NCBI GenBank assembly: GCA_040878325.1
Contig: JBBDMM010000016.1
Location: 124,001-188,000 of the forward strand
DNA length: 64,000 nt
Direction: 5' to 3'
Source of the DNA: Acidimicrobiia bacterium
Lineage (GTDB): Bacteria; Actinomycetota; Acidimicrobiia; Spongiisociales; UBA11373
The notes beneath the pieces were generated by a model. It ran no database searches, had not been told where the DNA came from, and worked only from the letters and a program-made list of their open reading frames with translations. This document shows, one piece after another, positions 1 to 9,567 of the stretch. Within the stretch, counting starts at the first letter, position 1. Each line of letters starts with the position of its first letter. Position numbers and translations under genes: made by a program.

Positions 1-1025
1 AAGTCGTCGAGGTCGCCTTCGAGGACCTCGGGGAGCCGCTTGATGCTCAACCCGATTCGGTGGTCGGTAACCCGGTTGTCCTTGTAGTTGTAGGTGCGGA
101 TCTTCTCCGAGCGGTCACCCGACCCCACCTGGCCTTTGCGATCCGCCGCCAACTCGGCGTGCTGCCGATCCAACTCGATCTGATAGAGGCGCGCTCGGAG
201 CACCCTGAGCGCCTTGGCCTTGTTCTGCAGCTGGGATTTCTCGTCCTGGCAGATGACCACCAGCCCGGTGGGCTTGTGGGTGATCCGCACCGCCGAGTCC
301 GTGGTGTTCACCGACTGGCCCCCGGGCCCGGATGATCGGAACACATCGATCTGCAGGTCGTTCTCGTCCACATGGATCTCGACGTCCGCCACTTCCGGCA
401 GCACTGCCACGGTCGCCACCGAGGTGTGGACCCGTCCCTGCGACTCGGTCTTGGGAACCCGCTGTACCCGGTGGGGGCCGGCCTCGTACTTGAACCGTGA
501 GAACGCCCCCCGGCCCTTGACCGCGAAGGTGATCTCCTTGAAACCACCGGATTCCGAAAGTGACGTGTTGAGGGGCTCGATCGACCAGCCATGCTGCTCG
601 GCGTAACGCTGATACATCCGGAACAGGTCGGCGGCAAACAGGGCAGCCTCATCGCCCCCGACGGCTGCCCTGATCTCGACGATCACATCCTTCTCGTCGT
701 TGGGGTCCTTGGGGACGAGCATCACCCGCAACCGCCGGGCCAGACGCTCTGCGGTCTCCGCCCGCTCCTCGGCCATCTCTTTCAACTCCGCCGATACACC
801 CTGATCGGATTCCTCCCTGGAAAGCTCGAGGGCCTCGGACGCCTCGGAGTCAGCTGCCCGGTACTGGTGATACACCTCGATCAGGCCCTTCAACTCGGAG
901 TGCCTGCGGGCCACCTCGGTGTAGCGACTTTGATCGCCGAGAATCTCGGGATCGGTCAGCTGTTCGATGGTCTCCCCGTAGGCGACCTCGACCTCGGTCA
1001 TCCGATCGACGAGAGGCTGGTCCAT
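1..1025 (-). CDS. prfA: Peptide chain release factor 1 (3' end runs off the window)
   Basis: Manual translation from ATG 1025 gives [13 protein letters not shown]..., [18 protein letters not shown] (PxT RF1 motif) and [22 protein letters not shown] (GGQ). The start overlaps the DUF1385 stop (TGATG). Absent from the ORF track because there is no stop in the window. Confidence 0.97.
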   Translation of the reverse strand, partial: MDQPLVDRMTEVEVAYGETIEQLTDPEILGDQSRYTEVARRHSELKGLIEVYHQYRAADSEASEALELSREESDQGVSAELKEMAEERAETAERLARRLRVMLVPKDPNDEKDVIVEIRAAVGGDEAALFAADLFRMYQRYAEQHGWSIEPLNTSLSESGGFKEITFAVKGRGAFSRFKYEAGPHRVQRVPKTESQGRVHTSVATVAVLPEVADVEIHVDENDLQIDVFRSSGPGGQSVNTTDSAVRITHKPTGLVVICQDEKSQLQNKAKALRVLRARLYQIELDRQHAELAADRKGQVGSGDRSEKIRTYNYKDNRVTDHRIGLSIKRLPEVLEGDLDD

Positions 1026-1963
1026 CAGGAGGACATTACGAAGCCGAGGGCACCCGGTGCGATCGGACCGCGGGCCTCGACTTCATCACGCTCCTCGGGA
1101 TCGAGGGCGGCGAGGAGCGAAGCCACCGCCACCTCCACCTGATCGTCCGAGGGTTCGGACGTGGTGAGACGCTGCAACCAGATGCCAGGCTTGGAAACGA
1201 ACGACAGCCACTTGCTATCGGCCGCCGCCTTGAGGATCTCGTACGAGACCCCGGCGATCACCGGAATGAGAAAGATGCGGCTCGCCACCAGCCAGATCAG
1301 GGCCGGCCGGCCAATGGCGGTGAACACCAAGATCGCCACCATGATCACGATCAGCAGGAAGTTGGTGCCGCAACGAGGGTGGCGGGGGCTGTGCTTCTGG
1401 ATCTGCTCGACGGCAAGGGCTTCGCCCGCCTCGTAGGAGTGAATCGTCTTGTGCTCTGCGCCGTGGAACTCGAACACGCGCTTGATGTCTTTGCTGCGGC
1501 CGATCAGCCAGATGTAGCCGATGAACATACCGAACCGAACGAGCCCGTCGACCACATTGAAGAGGACGTCGGAGTCGCTCCCCGCAAGTCTCTCGACCCC
1601 ACGGGCAGCGAACAGGGGCAGCAGCATGAACAGCCCCACGAAGAGAACGAGGGCAAAGACCATCGCTAGGGCAATCGAGCCACTGGTCAGCTCCTTGCCG
1701 TCCTCTTCGACCCCCGCCTTGCGCGCCGACCACGACAGGGCCCGGAACCCCAGGGTCAGCGACTCGGCGAGAACGAGCACCCCACGAATGAGGGGGACTT
1801 TGGCCCACGACGAGCGCATCGAGAGGCGCGGCAAGCGGTTGCGCCGCGCCTCGATGATGCCGTCAGGCCTGCGGACCGCGACCGACCAGGCATTGGGGGC
1901 GCGCATCATCACGCCTTCGATGACGGCTTGCCCCCCGACCGTGGCGCCCGGAGGGCGGCTCAC
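1025..1963 (-). CDS. DUF1385 family membrane protein
   Basis: [33 protein letters not shown] and LQRLTTSEP motifs; usual position between rpmE and prfA. Confidence 0.92.
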   Translation of the reverse strand: MSRPPGATVGGQAVIEGVMMRAPNAWSVAVRRPDGIIEARRNRLPRLSMRSSWAKVPLIRGVLVLAESLTLGFRALSWSARKAGVEEDGKELTSGSIALAMVFALVLFVGLFMLLPLFAARGVERLAGSDSDVLFNVVDGLVRFGMFIGYIWLIGRSKDIKRVFEFHGAEHKTIHSYEAGEALAVEQIQKHSPRHPRCGTNFLLIVIMVAILVFTAIGRPALIWLVASRIFLIPVIAGVSYEILKAAADSKWLSFVSKPGIWLQRLTTSEPSDDQVEVAVASLLAALDPEERDEVEARGPIAPGALGFVMSS

Positions 1964-2254
1964 CTAGGCGTCCGAGTCGGCGGCGTCGGACCCGTCGGCA
2001 CCGGTGAAGGTCTCACGACCGTACCGCTTGCGGAAGCGCTCGACCCGTCCCCCGGAGTCCACGAGAATCTGCTTGCCCGTATAGAACGGGTGGCTGGCGC
2101 TCGAGATCTCGACCCGGACCATCGGATAGGTGTTCCCGTCCTCCCACTCGATGGTCTCCGACGTCGCAATCGTCGACCGCGTGAGGAACTTGAAGCTCGA
2201 CGAGGTGTCGACGAAGACGACCTCGCGATAGTTGGGGTGGATGTCTTTTCTCAC
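1964..2254 (-). CDS. rpmE: 50S ribosomal protein L31, type B (no Cys)
   Basis: [16 protein letters not shown]...[14 protein letters not shown]...GRVERF; GTG start with AAGGAA Shine-Dalgarno. Confidence 0.96.
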   Translation of the reverse strand: MRKDIHPNYREVVFVDTSSSFKFLTRSTIATSETIEWEDGNTYPMVRVEISSASHPFYTGKQILVDSGGRVERFRKRYGRETFTGADGSDAADSDA

Positions 2255-2286
2255 ACTGTTCCTTGTTCGGCGGGCAGGTTAGCCCG

Positions 2287-3780
2287 TCAGTTGTTGGCCG
2301 ATTTCGCCACGTCGGCGAGGAACTCGGCATTCGACTTGGTGCTCTTCAAGCGGTCGATCAACAGCTCGAGCCCTGCCGCCGGCTCCGGAAGCGCCAGCAG
2401 GACGCGGCGGAGACGCCACACCTGGATCAGCTCGTCCGGATCGAACAACAATTCCTCTTTGCGGGTTCCGGAAGCCTCGATATCGATGGCCGGGTAGACC
2501 CGCTTGTCGGCGAGCTTGCGGTCGAGGCGCAGTTCCATGTTTCCGGTGCCCTTGAACTCCTCGAAGATGACCTCGTCCATCCTCGAACCGGTCTCGACGA
2601 GAGCGGTTCCCAGGATCGTCAGGCTTCCGCCCTCTTCGATGTTGCGGGCGGCGCCAAAGAAGCGCTTCGGCGGGTAGAGGGCAGTCGAGTCGACACCACC
2701 GGAGAGGATTCGGCCCGACGCGGGCGTCGCCAGGTTGTAGGCGCGTGCCAGGCGGGTGATCGAGTCGAGCAGGATCACGACGTCCTGACCGACCTCGACC
2801 AGGCGCTTGGCGCGCTCCAGGGCCAATTCGGCCACCTGGGTGTGCTCTTCGGCCGGCCGGTCGAAGGTCGAGTAAATCACGTCGCCCTTCACCGATCGCT
2901 GCATGTCGGTCACCTCTTCGGGGCGCTCATCGACCAGGACCACGATCAGGTGGCATTCCGGGTTGTTGTGGCTGATCGAGTTGGCGATCTCCTTGAGGAC
3001 GGTCGTCTTGCCCGCCTTCGGTGGGGAGACGATCAAACCGCGCTGCCCCTTGCCGATGGGGGCGATGAGATCCACGATCCGGGCGAGCACGTGATTGGGC
3101 TGGCCCTCGACTTCGAGACGGAGTCTCTGGTCGGGGAACAGCGGGGTGAGATCGCCGAACTTGGGACGGCGATGCGCCTCTTCCACACCCATTCCGTTGA
3201 CGTGGTCCATGCGGATCAGCGCCGGGAACTTCTCCTGCGACCGCGGAGGGCGGATCGGGCCGCTGAGCACGTCGCCGCGACGCAACCCGAACTTGCGAAC
3301 CTGCGTGGCCGAGACATACACGTCCTTCTCACCGGGGAGGTACCCGGTACAGCGAAGGAACCCGTAGCCCTCGGGGAGGACATCGAGGATCCCTTCGCGC
3401 ACCTCGGCATCGGAGTCGTCCCACTGTTGCTGGTGCTGCTGCTGGCCACCGCTCGCGGGGCGGGCGCCACGGCGGTTGCGGTTGCGCCGGCGGTTGCCGT
3501 CGTCGTCATCGTCGGATCCCTCGGCTGGCTTGCGATCGCCGCCGACCCGCGGCTGGCCGTCCCCCCGGCTCGAATCGCCGTCATCGCCGCTGCGACGCTC
3601 CTCGATGGCCGGCAGGTCGACGGGAGCAGGGGCGTCGCTGCCATCGAACTTGTCCGACTCGAGGATGGCGGCGATCAGCTTCGACTTCTGAAGAGACTGG
3701 TGGTCGGGTACGTCGATCGCTGCAGCGATGGTGCGCAACTCGTCCAGGTTCTTTTCCTGCAGCTTGGCTCTGCTGGTCAT
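2287..3780 (-). CDS. rho: Transcription termination factor Rho
   Basis: EGYGFLR RNA-binding domain, SPPKAGKT Walker [24 protein letters not shown]; polar insert after the N-terminal helical domain. Confidence 0.98.
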   Translation of the reverse strand: MTSRAKLQEKNLDELRTIAAAIDVPDHQSLQKSKLIAAILESDKFDGSDAPAPVDLPAIEERRSGDDGDSSRGDGQPRVGGDRKPAEGSDDDDDGNRRRNRNRRGARPASGGQQQHQQQWDDSDAEVREGILDVLPEGYGFLRCTGYLPGEKDVYVSATQVRKFGLRRGDVLSGPIRPPRSQEKFPALIRMDHVNGMGVEEAHRRPKFGDLTPLFPDQRLRLEVEGQPNHVLARIVDLIAPIGKGQRGLIVSPPKAGKTTVLKEIANSISHNNPECHLIVVLVDERPEEVTDMQRSVKGDVIYSTFDRPAEEHTQVAELALERAKRLVEVGQDVVILLDSITRLARAYNLATPASGRILSGGVDSTALYPPKRFFGAARNIEEGGSLTILGTALVETGSRMDEVIFEEFKGTGNMELRLDRKLADKRVYPAIDIEASGTRKEELLFDPDELIQVWRLRRVLLALPEPAAGLELLIDRLKSTKSNAEFLADVAKSANN

Positions 3781-3843
3781 TTGATCCCTTTCCCTACAAG
3801 CGTGGGGTCCGCAAGACCGCGGGGACTCGATCCCGAGGCGTTC

Positions 3844-4524
3844 CTACGACTTCGCACTCTTGCCTTTGCGCTCGGTGAGCGCCTGCTGATATGCGTTCCA
3901 GTCCTGGGTGAACCGCTGGTTGCCGATGTCGGTCAGCGGGTGGTTGAAGAGTTTTTCCATCACCTCGAATGGCATGGTCGAGGCGTCTGCGCCGATCCGG
4001 GCCGAGTCGACGACGTGCTGGGGGTGGCGCAGACTCGCCGCCAGGATCTCGGTCTCGTATCCCTGAACGGTGTAGGTCTCCACCAATTCCGACAGCAATT
4101 GGAGTCCGTCGTTCCCGATGTCGTCGACCCTTCCGAGGAAGGGGGAGACGAAGGTGGCCCCGATGTTCGCCGCCAGAATCGCCTGAGCGGCAGAAAAGAC
4201 GAGGGTCACGTTGATCGGATGGCCCATCTCGACGAGACGGGCACCGGCCGCGATGCCCTCCTGGGTCATCGGAACCTTGACCACGACATTATCGGCAATT
4301 TTTCGCAGTGCTTGACCCTGGCGGACCATCTCGTCACGGTCCTCGGCGACGACCTCCGCCGAGACCGGCCCCGGCACCAGATCGGTGATCTTGCGGATCA
4401 AGTCCTCGAATTCGAGCCCTTCCTTGGCGGCAAGGGTCGGATTCGTGGTGATTCCGTCGAGAATTCCCCACCCCGCCGCGATTTCGATATGAGCAAGGTG
4501 GGCCGTGTCGAGAAAGAGCTTCAA
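3844..4524 (-). CDS. fsa: Transaldolase / fructose-6-phosphate aldolase family
   Basis: LFLDTA, GITTNPTL, VVVKVP (Schiff-base Lys), NVTLVFS, SPFLGR, AASLRHP. Confidence 0.92.
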   Translation of the reverse strand: MKLFLDTAHLAHIEIAAGWGILDGITTNPTLAAKEGLEFEDLIRKITDLVPGPVSAEVVAEDRDEMVRQGQALRKIADNVVVKVPMTQEGIAAGARLVEMGHPINVTLVFSAAQAILAANIGATFVSPFLGRVDDIGNDGLQLLSELVETYTVQGYETEILAASLRHPQHVVDSARIGADASTMPFEVMEKLFNHPLTDIGNQRFTQDWNAYQQALTERKGKSAKS

Positions 4525-4620
4525 AGATGCCTCCGAGCCGGGAGCCTCGACCTACACAGGGGCACGGCGGCGCCGTCCAGATGTCGGGGTCGAGAAGGTT
4601 GGGTCGAATACCCAAAATCG

Positions 4621-4648
4621 ATTGTAGACGGTCCTGAGCCATCGGCAA
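4621..4648 (-). promoter_or_regulatory. Putative sigma-70/SigA promoter for fsa-rho-rpmE
   Basis: TTGCCG-N16-TACAAT on the minus strand, about 100 nt upstream of fsa. Confidence 0.5.
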
Positions 4649-4662
4649 AGCCTCGCGGGACC

Positions 4663-4760
4663 GGCCCCAGCTCCTGCCACGGCCCCGGCCAGACCGGCGG
4701 CGGGTGGCACGAGCGCGTGCCCTGCTGGCTGGAGCCGGAGCGGGAGCCGTGGCCGGGCTG
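4663..4760. repeat. Palindromic repeat built from 6-nt units (GGAGCC/GTGGCC/GGGGCT type)
   Basis: C-rich arm ggccccagctcctgccacggccccggccagac followed by G-rich arm gctggctggagccggagcgggagccgtggccgggctgg, just after the thrC stop. Confidence 0.6.
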
Positions 4761-4763
4761 GTA

Positions 4764-5783
4764 CTACCAGCCGAGTTCTTGGGCTACCGCTTCTCCCGAC
4801 GGTGGGACCGGGGTTCCGAGTTCGGATGCGCCGGCGGCTGTCTCCGGGTCTTTGAGTCCATGGCCGGTGAGGGTGCAGACCACCGGGCCCTCGGGCAGCC
4901 GGTCGCCGAGGGCGATGATCCCGGCCACCCCGGCGGCACTGGCGGGCTCGACGAAGATGCCCTCTCTCGAAGCGAGGAGGTCATAGGCCTCCATGATCTG
5001 CTCGTCGGTCACCGCAGCGATCAGACCACCCGATTCCATCCGGGCCGTTACGGCGCCCGCCCATGAGGCGGGGTTGCCGATTCGAATGGCGGTCGCCACG
5101 GTCTCGGGCTGCTCCACTGGCGCGCCGAGTACCAACAGTGCCGCTCCCGCTGCCTGGAACCCCCACATCTGCGGAGCCGCCCCGATGGCCCGGTAACCGA
5201 GCCAGGTGGCGGTGATGTTCCCGGCGTTGCCCACCGGTAGGGCGTGCACCGCGGGGGCGCCGCCAAGATCGTCGGCCACCTCCCAGGCGGCGGTCTGCTG
5301 TCCGGCGAGCCTGAACGGGTTGATGGAGTTGACCAAAGTCACCTCATGCACCTTTGCGAGTTCCTGCACTGCGCGCAGCGCGGCGTCGAAGGAACCGTCC
5401 ACCGTGATGATCCGGGCACCATGGCGGATCGCCTGGGCGAGCTTGCCGAGCGCCACCTTGCCGGCGGGCAGCACCACGATGCATTCGATCCCGGCACGGG
5501 CTGCATACGCCGCCGCCGATGCCGAGGTGTTGCCGGTGGAGGCGCAAGCCACGGCCTTCGCCCGCGCTTCGACGGCCTTCGATATCGCCAGAGTCATCCC
5601 CCGGTCCTTGAACGACCCGGTCGGGTTGGCCCCCTCGATCTTCAAGTGGACCGATCGGCCGACGATCTCCGATAGATGTCTCCCGAGGATCAGTGGCGTG
5701 CTCCCCTCCCCGAGGGTGATGATCGGGGTGTTGGCCGTGACCGGGAGGCGGCCTCGATAACGCTCGATGACTCCGTGGGTCAC
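4764..5783 (-). CDS. thrC: Threonine synthase
   Basis: NPTGSFKDRG (PLP Lys), CASTGNTS, PVGNAGN, EGIFVEPASA, TGHGLKDP. GTG start at 5783 overlaps the hom stop (GTGA). Confidence 0.95.
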   Translation of the reverse strand: MTHGVIERYRGRLPVTANTPIITLGEGSTPLILGRHLSEIVGRSVHLKIEGANPTGSFKDRGMTLAISKAVEARAKAVACASTGNTSASAAAYAARAGIECIVVLPAGKVALGKLAQAIRHGARIITVDGSFDAALRAVQELAKVHEVTLVNSINPFRLAGQQTAAWEVADDLGGAPAVHALPVGNAGNITATWLGYRAIGAAPQMWGFQAAGAALLVLGAPVEQPETVATAIRIGNPASWAGAVTARMESGGLIAAVTDEQIMEAYDLLASREGIFVEPASAAGVAGIIALGDRLPEGPVVCTLTGHGLKDPETAAGASELGTPVPPSGEAVAQELGW

Positions 5784-6307
5784 GCTTCGTCGCCTTCGAC
5801 CCGGATCGCCGAGGCAACCTCGCGCACCGCGTCGAGCCGGCGCAACGCTTCGGCGGACGACCGCTGAGCCGCCTCCGGCGCACCGTGAGTGACCATCAGC
5901 AGCGTGGCACGGTTCCCGCGGCCGTCCTGACGCACCGACTTGATACTGACTCCCGCCGCGCCGAATGCTCCGGCTATCTGGGCGAGGACCCCGGGACTGT
6001 CCTCCACCTCGAGACGGAGACACCACTGAGTAGGTGTCGAGGCGAAGGACCCGGCGCCACCGGTGATCGCGGGTGTCACCTCCACGACGAGGTCGACGCG
6101 ATCGTCATCGACGAGTTCCATAACATCGGCGGTCAGCAAATCGGGGGCCACCGATCGGGGACGGGCGAGGTCGCGCACGGCCACCCGGCGCACTTCGAGA
6201 TCGAGTCCCGTCCGCGCGGTGACCGCGGCGCGATCGGCGACGAGGCGTTCGATGAGAGTGCCGCCAACCGTCCCTGCCCCGGCAATGCCGATTCCGATGG
6301 TGCGCAT
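5780..6307 (-). CDS. hom: Homoserine dehydrogenase, internally deleted (partial NAD-binding fold fused to ACT domain), 175 aa; possible pseudogene
   Basis: MRTIGIGIAGAGTVGG...VDLVVEV joins directly to ACT-like LRLEVEDSPGVLAQIAGAFGAAGVSIKSV; the catalytic domain is absent. Canonical position upstream of thrC. Confidence 0.85.
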   Translation of the reverse strand: MRTIGIGIAGAGTVGGTLIERLVADRAAVTARTGLDLEVRRVAVRDLARPRSVAPDLLTADVMELVDDDRVDLVVEVTPAITGGAGSFASTPTQWCLRLEVEDSPGVLAQIAGAFGAAGVSIKSVRQDGRGNRATLLMVTHGAPEAAQRSSAEALRRLDAVREVASAIRVEGDEA

Positions 6308-6355
6308 CCCGGGAGGGTAGGCGGGCGGCCTCCGGCCGCCTTGGGCCGGGCTTCC

Positions 6356-6437
6356 TGGCCCGCCCCCGCTCCAGCTCCATCCCCAGCCAGACTGGAGGCA
6401 TGGTCTGGCTGGGGATGGAGCCGTGGCCGGGGCTGGT
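6356..6437. repeat. Palindromic 6-nt-unit repeat with a perfect 19-bp stem (6374-6392/6403-6421); may terminate argS
   Basis: gctccatccccagccagac-N10-gtctggctggggatggagc. Confidence 0.75.
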
Positions 6438-6441
6438 GTTC

Positions 6442-8112
6442 CTACATGCTTTCGGGAGCCGTCAGCCCGAGCAGACCAAGGACCCCCGCCATGACGCTCT
6501 TGGCGCCCTCCACCAGCCACAGCCTCGCCTGGGTGACGGCATCGTCCTCGGTGACGATCCGGCAGTCCGAGTAGAAGCGATGGAACGCCGTGGCGAAGTC
6601 GTACCCGTAGGCAGTGAGACGGTGCGCCGCTCTCCGGCTGGCCGACTCGAGTACCTCCTCGCCGAACCGATCTATCTCGCGCAGCAACGCCACCTCTGCC
6701 GGGTGGTCGAGCACCGACAGGTCGACGTCTTCGAGGGGCCGGCGGGTCACACCCTGTTCGGAGGCGAACCGTTCGAGAGCGGCCATGCGGGCGTGGGCGT
6801 ACTGGAGGTAGTAGACGGGGTTGTCCATAGACCGCGCCTTGGCGGCCTCGAGGTCGAAGGTGATCGTCGTGTCGGGGCTGTAGGCCGCAAGGTTGTACCG
6901 GGTGGCATCGGCGCCCACCTCCTCGAGCACTTCCCGAAACGTGATGAACTCGCCGGCGCGGGTCGACATGCGGACGGGTTCACCGCCGCGACTGACGTTC
7001 ACCATCTGGTTGATCACGATCTCCAACTGATCCGGCTGGTGACCCATGGCCTCGACCGCGGCCTTCATCCGTGGGATGTAACCGTGATGGTCGGCGCCCC
7101 AGATGTTGATAACCCGATCGAATCCCCGCTCGAACTTTTCGCGGTGATAGGCCACGTCGGGGGCGATGTAGGTGTAGGTGCCATCCGACTTCACCAGCAC
7201 CCGGTCCTTCTCGTCCCCGTAGTCGGTGGTGCGGAACCAGATCGCCCCCTCCGCCTCGTAGATGTGGCCCCGCTCCCGGAGCTCATCGATCGCCGCTGCC
7301 ACAGCACCCGAGTCATGAAGATCGTTCTCGCTCGTCCAGACGTCGAATGAGATCCCGGCCAACTCCAGAGTCTCCTCGATGTCCTTCATCGCCCGCGCCA
7401 AACCCCACTGCCGGATCGCCGACCGGCGGCCTTCCTCCGGAAGGTCGGCAGAGGCATCGCCGATCTCGGCGGCCATTTCGGCTGCCCACTCTGCGATGTA
7501 TGCGCCGTGATACCCGTCCTCGGGCACCTCGGCGTCGCGACCCAACGCCTGGAGATAACGCGCTTCGAGACTGGCACCGAAACGGTCCATCTGGACCCCA
7601 GCGTCGTTGTAGTAGTACTCCCGCGTGACCGGGTGGCCCACGTACTCGAGCATCCGAGAGAGCACATCGCCGATGACGCCCCCCCGGCCATGGCCGATGT
7701 GTAGCGGACCGTTGGGATTCGATGAGACGAACTCGACCTGGATCCGCTCGCCCGCCCCGAAATCCGAGCGGGCGTGATCGGGACCGCCCTTCGCAGCGAT
7801 TCGCAGCACCTCGTGGTACCAGGACGCCGCCAGGCGAAAGTTGAGGAACCCGGGGCCAGCGACTTCGACGCCGACGACATGAGGGATCGCGGGCAGGTGG
7901 GCCAGCACGATTTCGGCGACCTCACGGGGGGGCTTTGCTGCCGGCTTGGCGGCAGCCAGGGCGACATTCGTGGCCCAGTCTCCGTGCTCCCGGTCACGAG
8001 GCCGTTCGACCACGAAGTCGAACGACCCGACCCCAGGAAGACTCCCGTCGGCGACGGCAGCCTCGAGGGCGGAAGAGATCGCCGCTCGGATGGTGTCGGG
8101 AAACTCGCTCAT
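6442..8112 (-). CDS. argS: Arginine--tRNA ligase
   Basis: SSNPNGPLHIGHGR (HIGH), WGADHHGY, RMSTRAG, NPVYYLQYAHAR. Start set to ATG 8112, 6 nt after TACGAT. Confidence 0.97.
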   Translation of the reverse strand: MSEFPDTIRAAISSALEAAVADGSLPGVGSFDFVVERPRDREHGDWATNVALAAAKPAAKPPREVAEIVLAHLPAIPHVVGVEVAGPGFLNFRLAASWYHEVLRIAAKGGPDHARSDFGAGERIQVEFVSSNPNGPLHIGHGRGGVIGDVLSRMLEYVGHPVTREYYYNDAGVQMDRFGASLEARYLQALGRDAEVPEDGYHGAYIAEWAAEMAAEIGDASADLPEEGRRSAIRQWGLARAMKDIEETLELAGISFDVWTSENDLHDSGAVAAAIDELRERGHIYEAEGAIWFRTTDYGDEKDRVLVKSDGTYTYIAPDVAYHREKFERGFDRVINIWGADHHGYIPRMKAAVEAMGHQPDQLEIVINQMVNVSRGGEPVRMSTRAGEFITFREVLEEVGADATRYNLAAYSPDTTITFDLEAAKARSMDNPVYYLQYAHARMAALERFASEQGVTRRPLEDVDLSVLDHPAEVALLREIDRFGEEVLESASRRAAHRLTAYGYDFATAFHRFYSDCRIVTEDDAVTQARLWLVEGAKSVMAGVLGLLGLTAPESM

Positions 8113-8173
8113 CCATGGATCGTAACGGGCGGGGTTTGGCCTCCAGGTGCGTTGATACACTCGCCACCTCCCA

Positions 8174-8245
8174 GCCCTCGTAGCTCAGGGGATAGAGCGT
8201 CGGCCTCCGGAGCCGGAAGCGCAGGTTCGAATCCTGCCGAGGGCG
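8174..8245 (+). tRNA. tRNA-Arg (anticodon CCG), CCA not encoded
   Basis: Acceptor stem GCCCTCG/CGAGGGC, D arm tagctcaggggatagagc, anticodon loop CTCCGGA, T arm gcaggttcgaatcctgc. Confidence 0.96.
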
Positions 8246-8250
8246 CGAAT

Positions 8251-8312
8251 AGTCTCCAGTCTCCAGTCTCCAGTCTCCAGTCTCCAGTCTCCAGTCTCCA
8301 GTCTCCAGTCTC
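8251..8312. repeat. Heptamer tandem repeat (AGTCTCC) x about 9, running into the gap
   Basis: Perfect 7-nt periodicity over 62 nt. Confidence 0.97.
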
Positions 8313-8412
8313 NNNNNNNNNNNNNNNNNNNNNNNNNNNNNNNNNNNNNNNNNNNNNNNNNNNNNNNNNNNNNNNNNNNNNNNNNNNNNNNNNNNNNNNN
8401 NNNNNNNNNNNN
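8313..8412. other. Assembly/scaffold gap (100 N)
   Basis: Run of N; the true length is unknown. Confidence 0.99.
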
Positions 8413-8420
8413 CAGTGACG

Positions 8421-8450
8421 GCCTTCCGCCTTCCGCCTTCCGCCTTCCGC
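8421..8450. repeat. Heptamer tandem repeat (GCCTTCC) x4
   Basis: Four perfect units. Confidence 0.93.
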
Positions 8451-8483
8451 AAGAAGGCCCGACCGACGCGGCAAGCCGTTTGG

Positions 8484-8525
8484 GCGAATTGCGAATTGCG
8501 AATGGCGTATTGCGAATTGCGAACT
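8484..8525. repeat. Heptamer tandem repeat (GCGAATT) x6, partly degenerate
   Basis: gcgaatt gcgaatt gcgaatg gcgtatt gcgaatt gcgaact. Confidence 0.9.
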
Positions 8526-8526
8526 C

Positions 8527-9303
8527 TTAGAACAGAACTCGCCTCAACTCGCTGAAGCCGATCTCGCGGCCGATCACCATGAGGTCCATCGTGATCGCCA
8601 CGCCCCAGTGGACGGCAAAGCCCCATAAGACCGACTTCGACTTGAGCGCCAGGTAGCCGAGCACGAACCCGGCGATGATCGCCGAGAAAGTCTCCAGCGC
8701 CGGCTTGCCGAAATGGATCATCGTGTACGGGATCACCATCACCGGGATCGCGTAGTAGCCCAGCCGGGCATACAGACCGAAGAGCAGGAACCCCCGGAAG
8801 AACACCTCCAAACCCAGGAACTGCAGGCCGTAGAAGAGGTGGTAGCCCCAAAAATGCCAGTCCCCTTGTGACGCCAGCTCGTAGAACGGGTACTTCGCCT
8901 GGAACGCACCCAGCGCCGAAGCGACGTACACCACCGGCACCATGAACACCAGGGCATACGCATACGGCCGGAGTTGATGCCACTGCCCCCGCACCCGAAA
9001 TCCCCAGTCTCGGGGGTGCTCCCGCAGCACCAGCGTGATCACCATCACCGGGAGCAGCACCCTGATGACCAGGCTGCTCACCCCCCAGTATTGGTACGGC
9101 AGCAGGCCGTAATATTCGCGATACCCGGGGCCGAGAGCATCGGCAACCGATCGATGCAGGGGCGAAGTCCGGAACCAACCCGGCAGACCCCAATACTCGA
9201 ACACGACGAGAAGCACGGTCGCCGACAAGAAGACGATGAGGGTCCGCCGATCGACGCCGGCGAGCGCCTGGCGAACCGCCCCGACCCCGTTCTCACTCTC
9301 CAC
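8527..9303 (-). CDS. CPBP (CAAX/Abi) family intramembrane metalloprotease
   Basis: Multiple TM segments; LEVFFRG, MIHFGKPxxE and VHW motifs. Confidence 0.85.
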   Translation of the reverse strand: MESENGVGAVRQALAGVDRRTLIVFLSATVLLVVFEYWGLPGWFRTSPLHRSVADALGPGYREYYGLLPYQYWGVSSLVIRVLLPVMVITLVLREHPRDWGFRVRGQWHQLRPYAYALVFMVPVVYVASALGAFQAKYPFYELASQGDWHFWGYHLFYGLQFLGLEVFFRGFLLFGLYARLGYYAIPVMVIPYTMIHFGKPALETFSAIIAGFVLGYLALKSKSVLWGFAVHWGVAITMDLMVIGREIGFSELRRVLF

Positions 9304-9384
9304 GAGTCGTCACTCCCCGTTGCGGCCGTTCAAGGTAGTTGCCGGCGTGGAGTCTGACCGCCGCACGGCGCCTCCAGCGAGAGC

Positions 9385-9537
9385 CAGCCCCGGCTCCGGC
9401 CCCCGCCCCAGCCGGACAGTGGCGAGGCCGGCGAGTGGCCGACGACGCGGATCGCCAGGCTCCTCTGAGGTCAACTAGCCGGGGCTGGCTCTGACTGGCT
9501 CTGGCTGAGGCCGGAGCTGGGGCCAGAGCTGGCTGGG
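9385..9537. repeat. Palindromic 6-nt-unit repeat between CPBP and ku
   Basis: ccagccccggctccggcccccgccccagcc ... gccggggctggctctgactggctctggctgaggccggagctggggccagagctggctggg. Confidence 0.6.
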
Positions 9538-9567
9538 TATCATCGGAGAACGCGAAAACGGAGCCCC

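Noticed and set aside
2263..4986. 907-aa plus-strand ORF
   Set aside because: Antisense shadow of rho and fsa. High-GC codon bias removes stops in that frame, and there are no recognisable motifs.
8251..8525. Possible CRISPR array
   Set aside because: The units are 7-nt head-to-tail repeats without spacers, and there are no cas genes.
7994..9193. ORFs with RLETGDW repeats spanning the gap
   Set aside because: They are translations of the heptamer array and N run, and they overlap the tRNA and CPBP gene.
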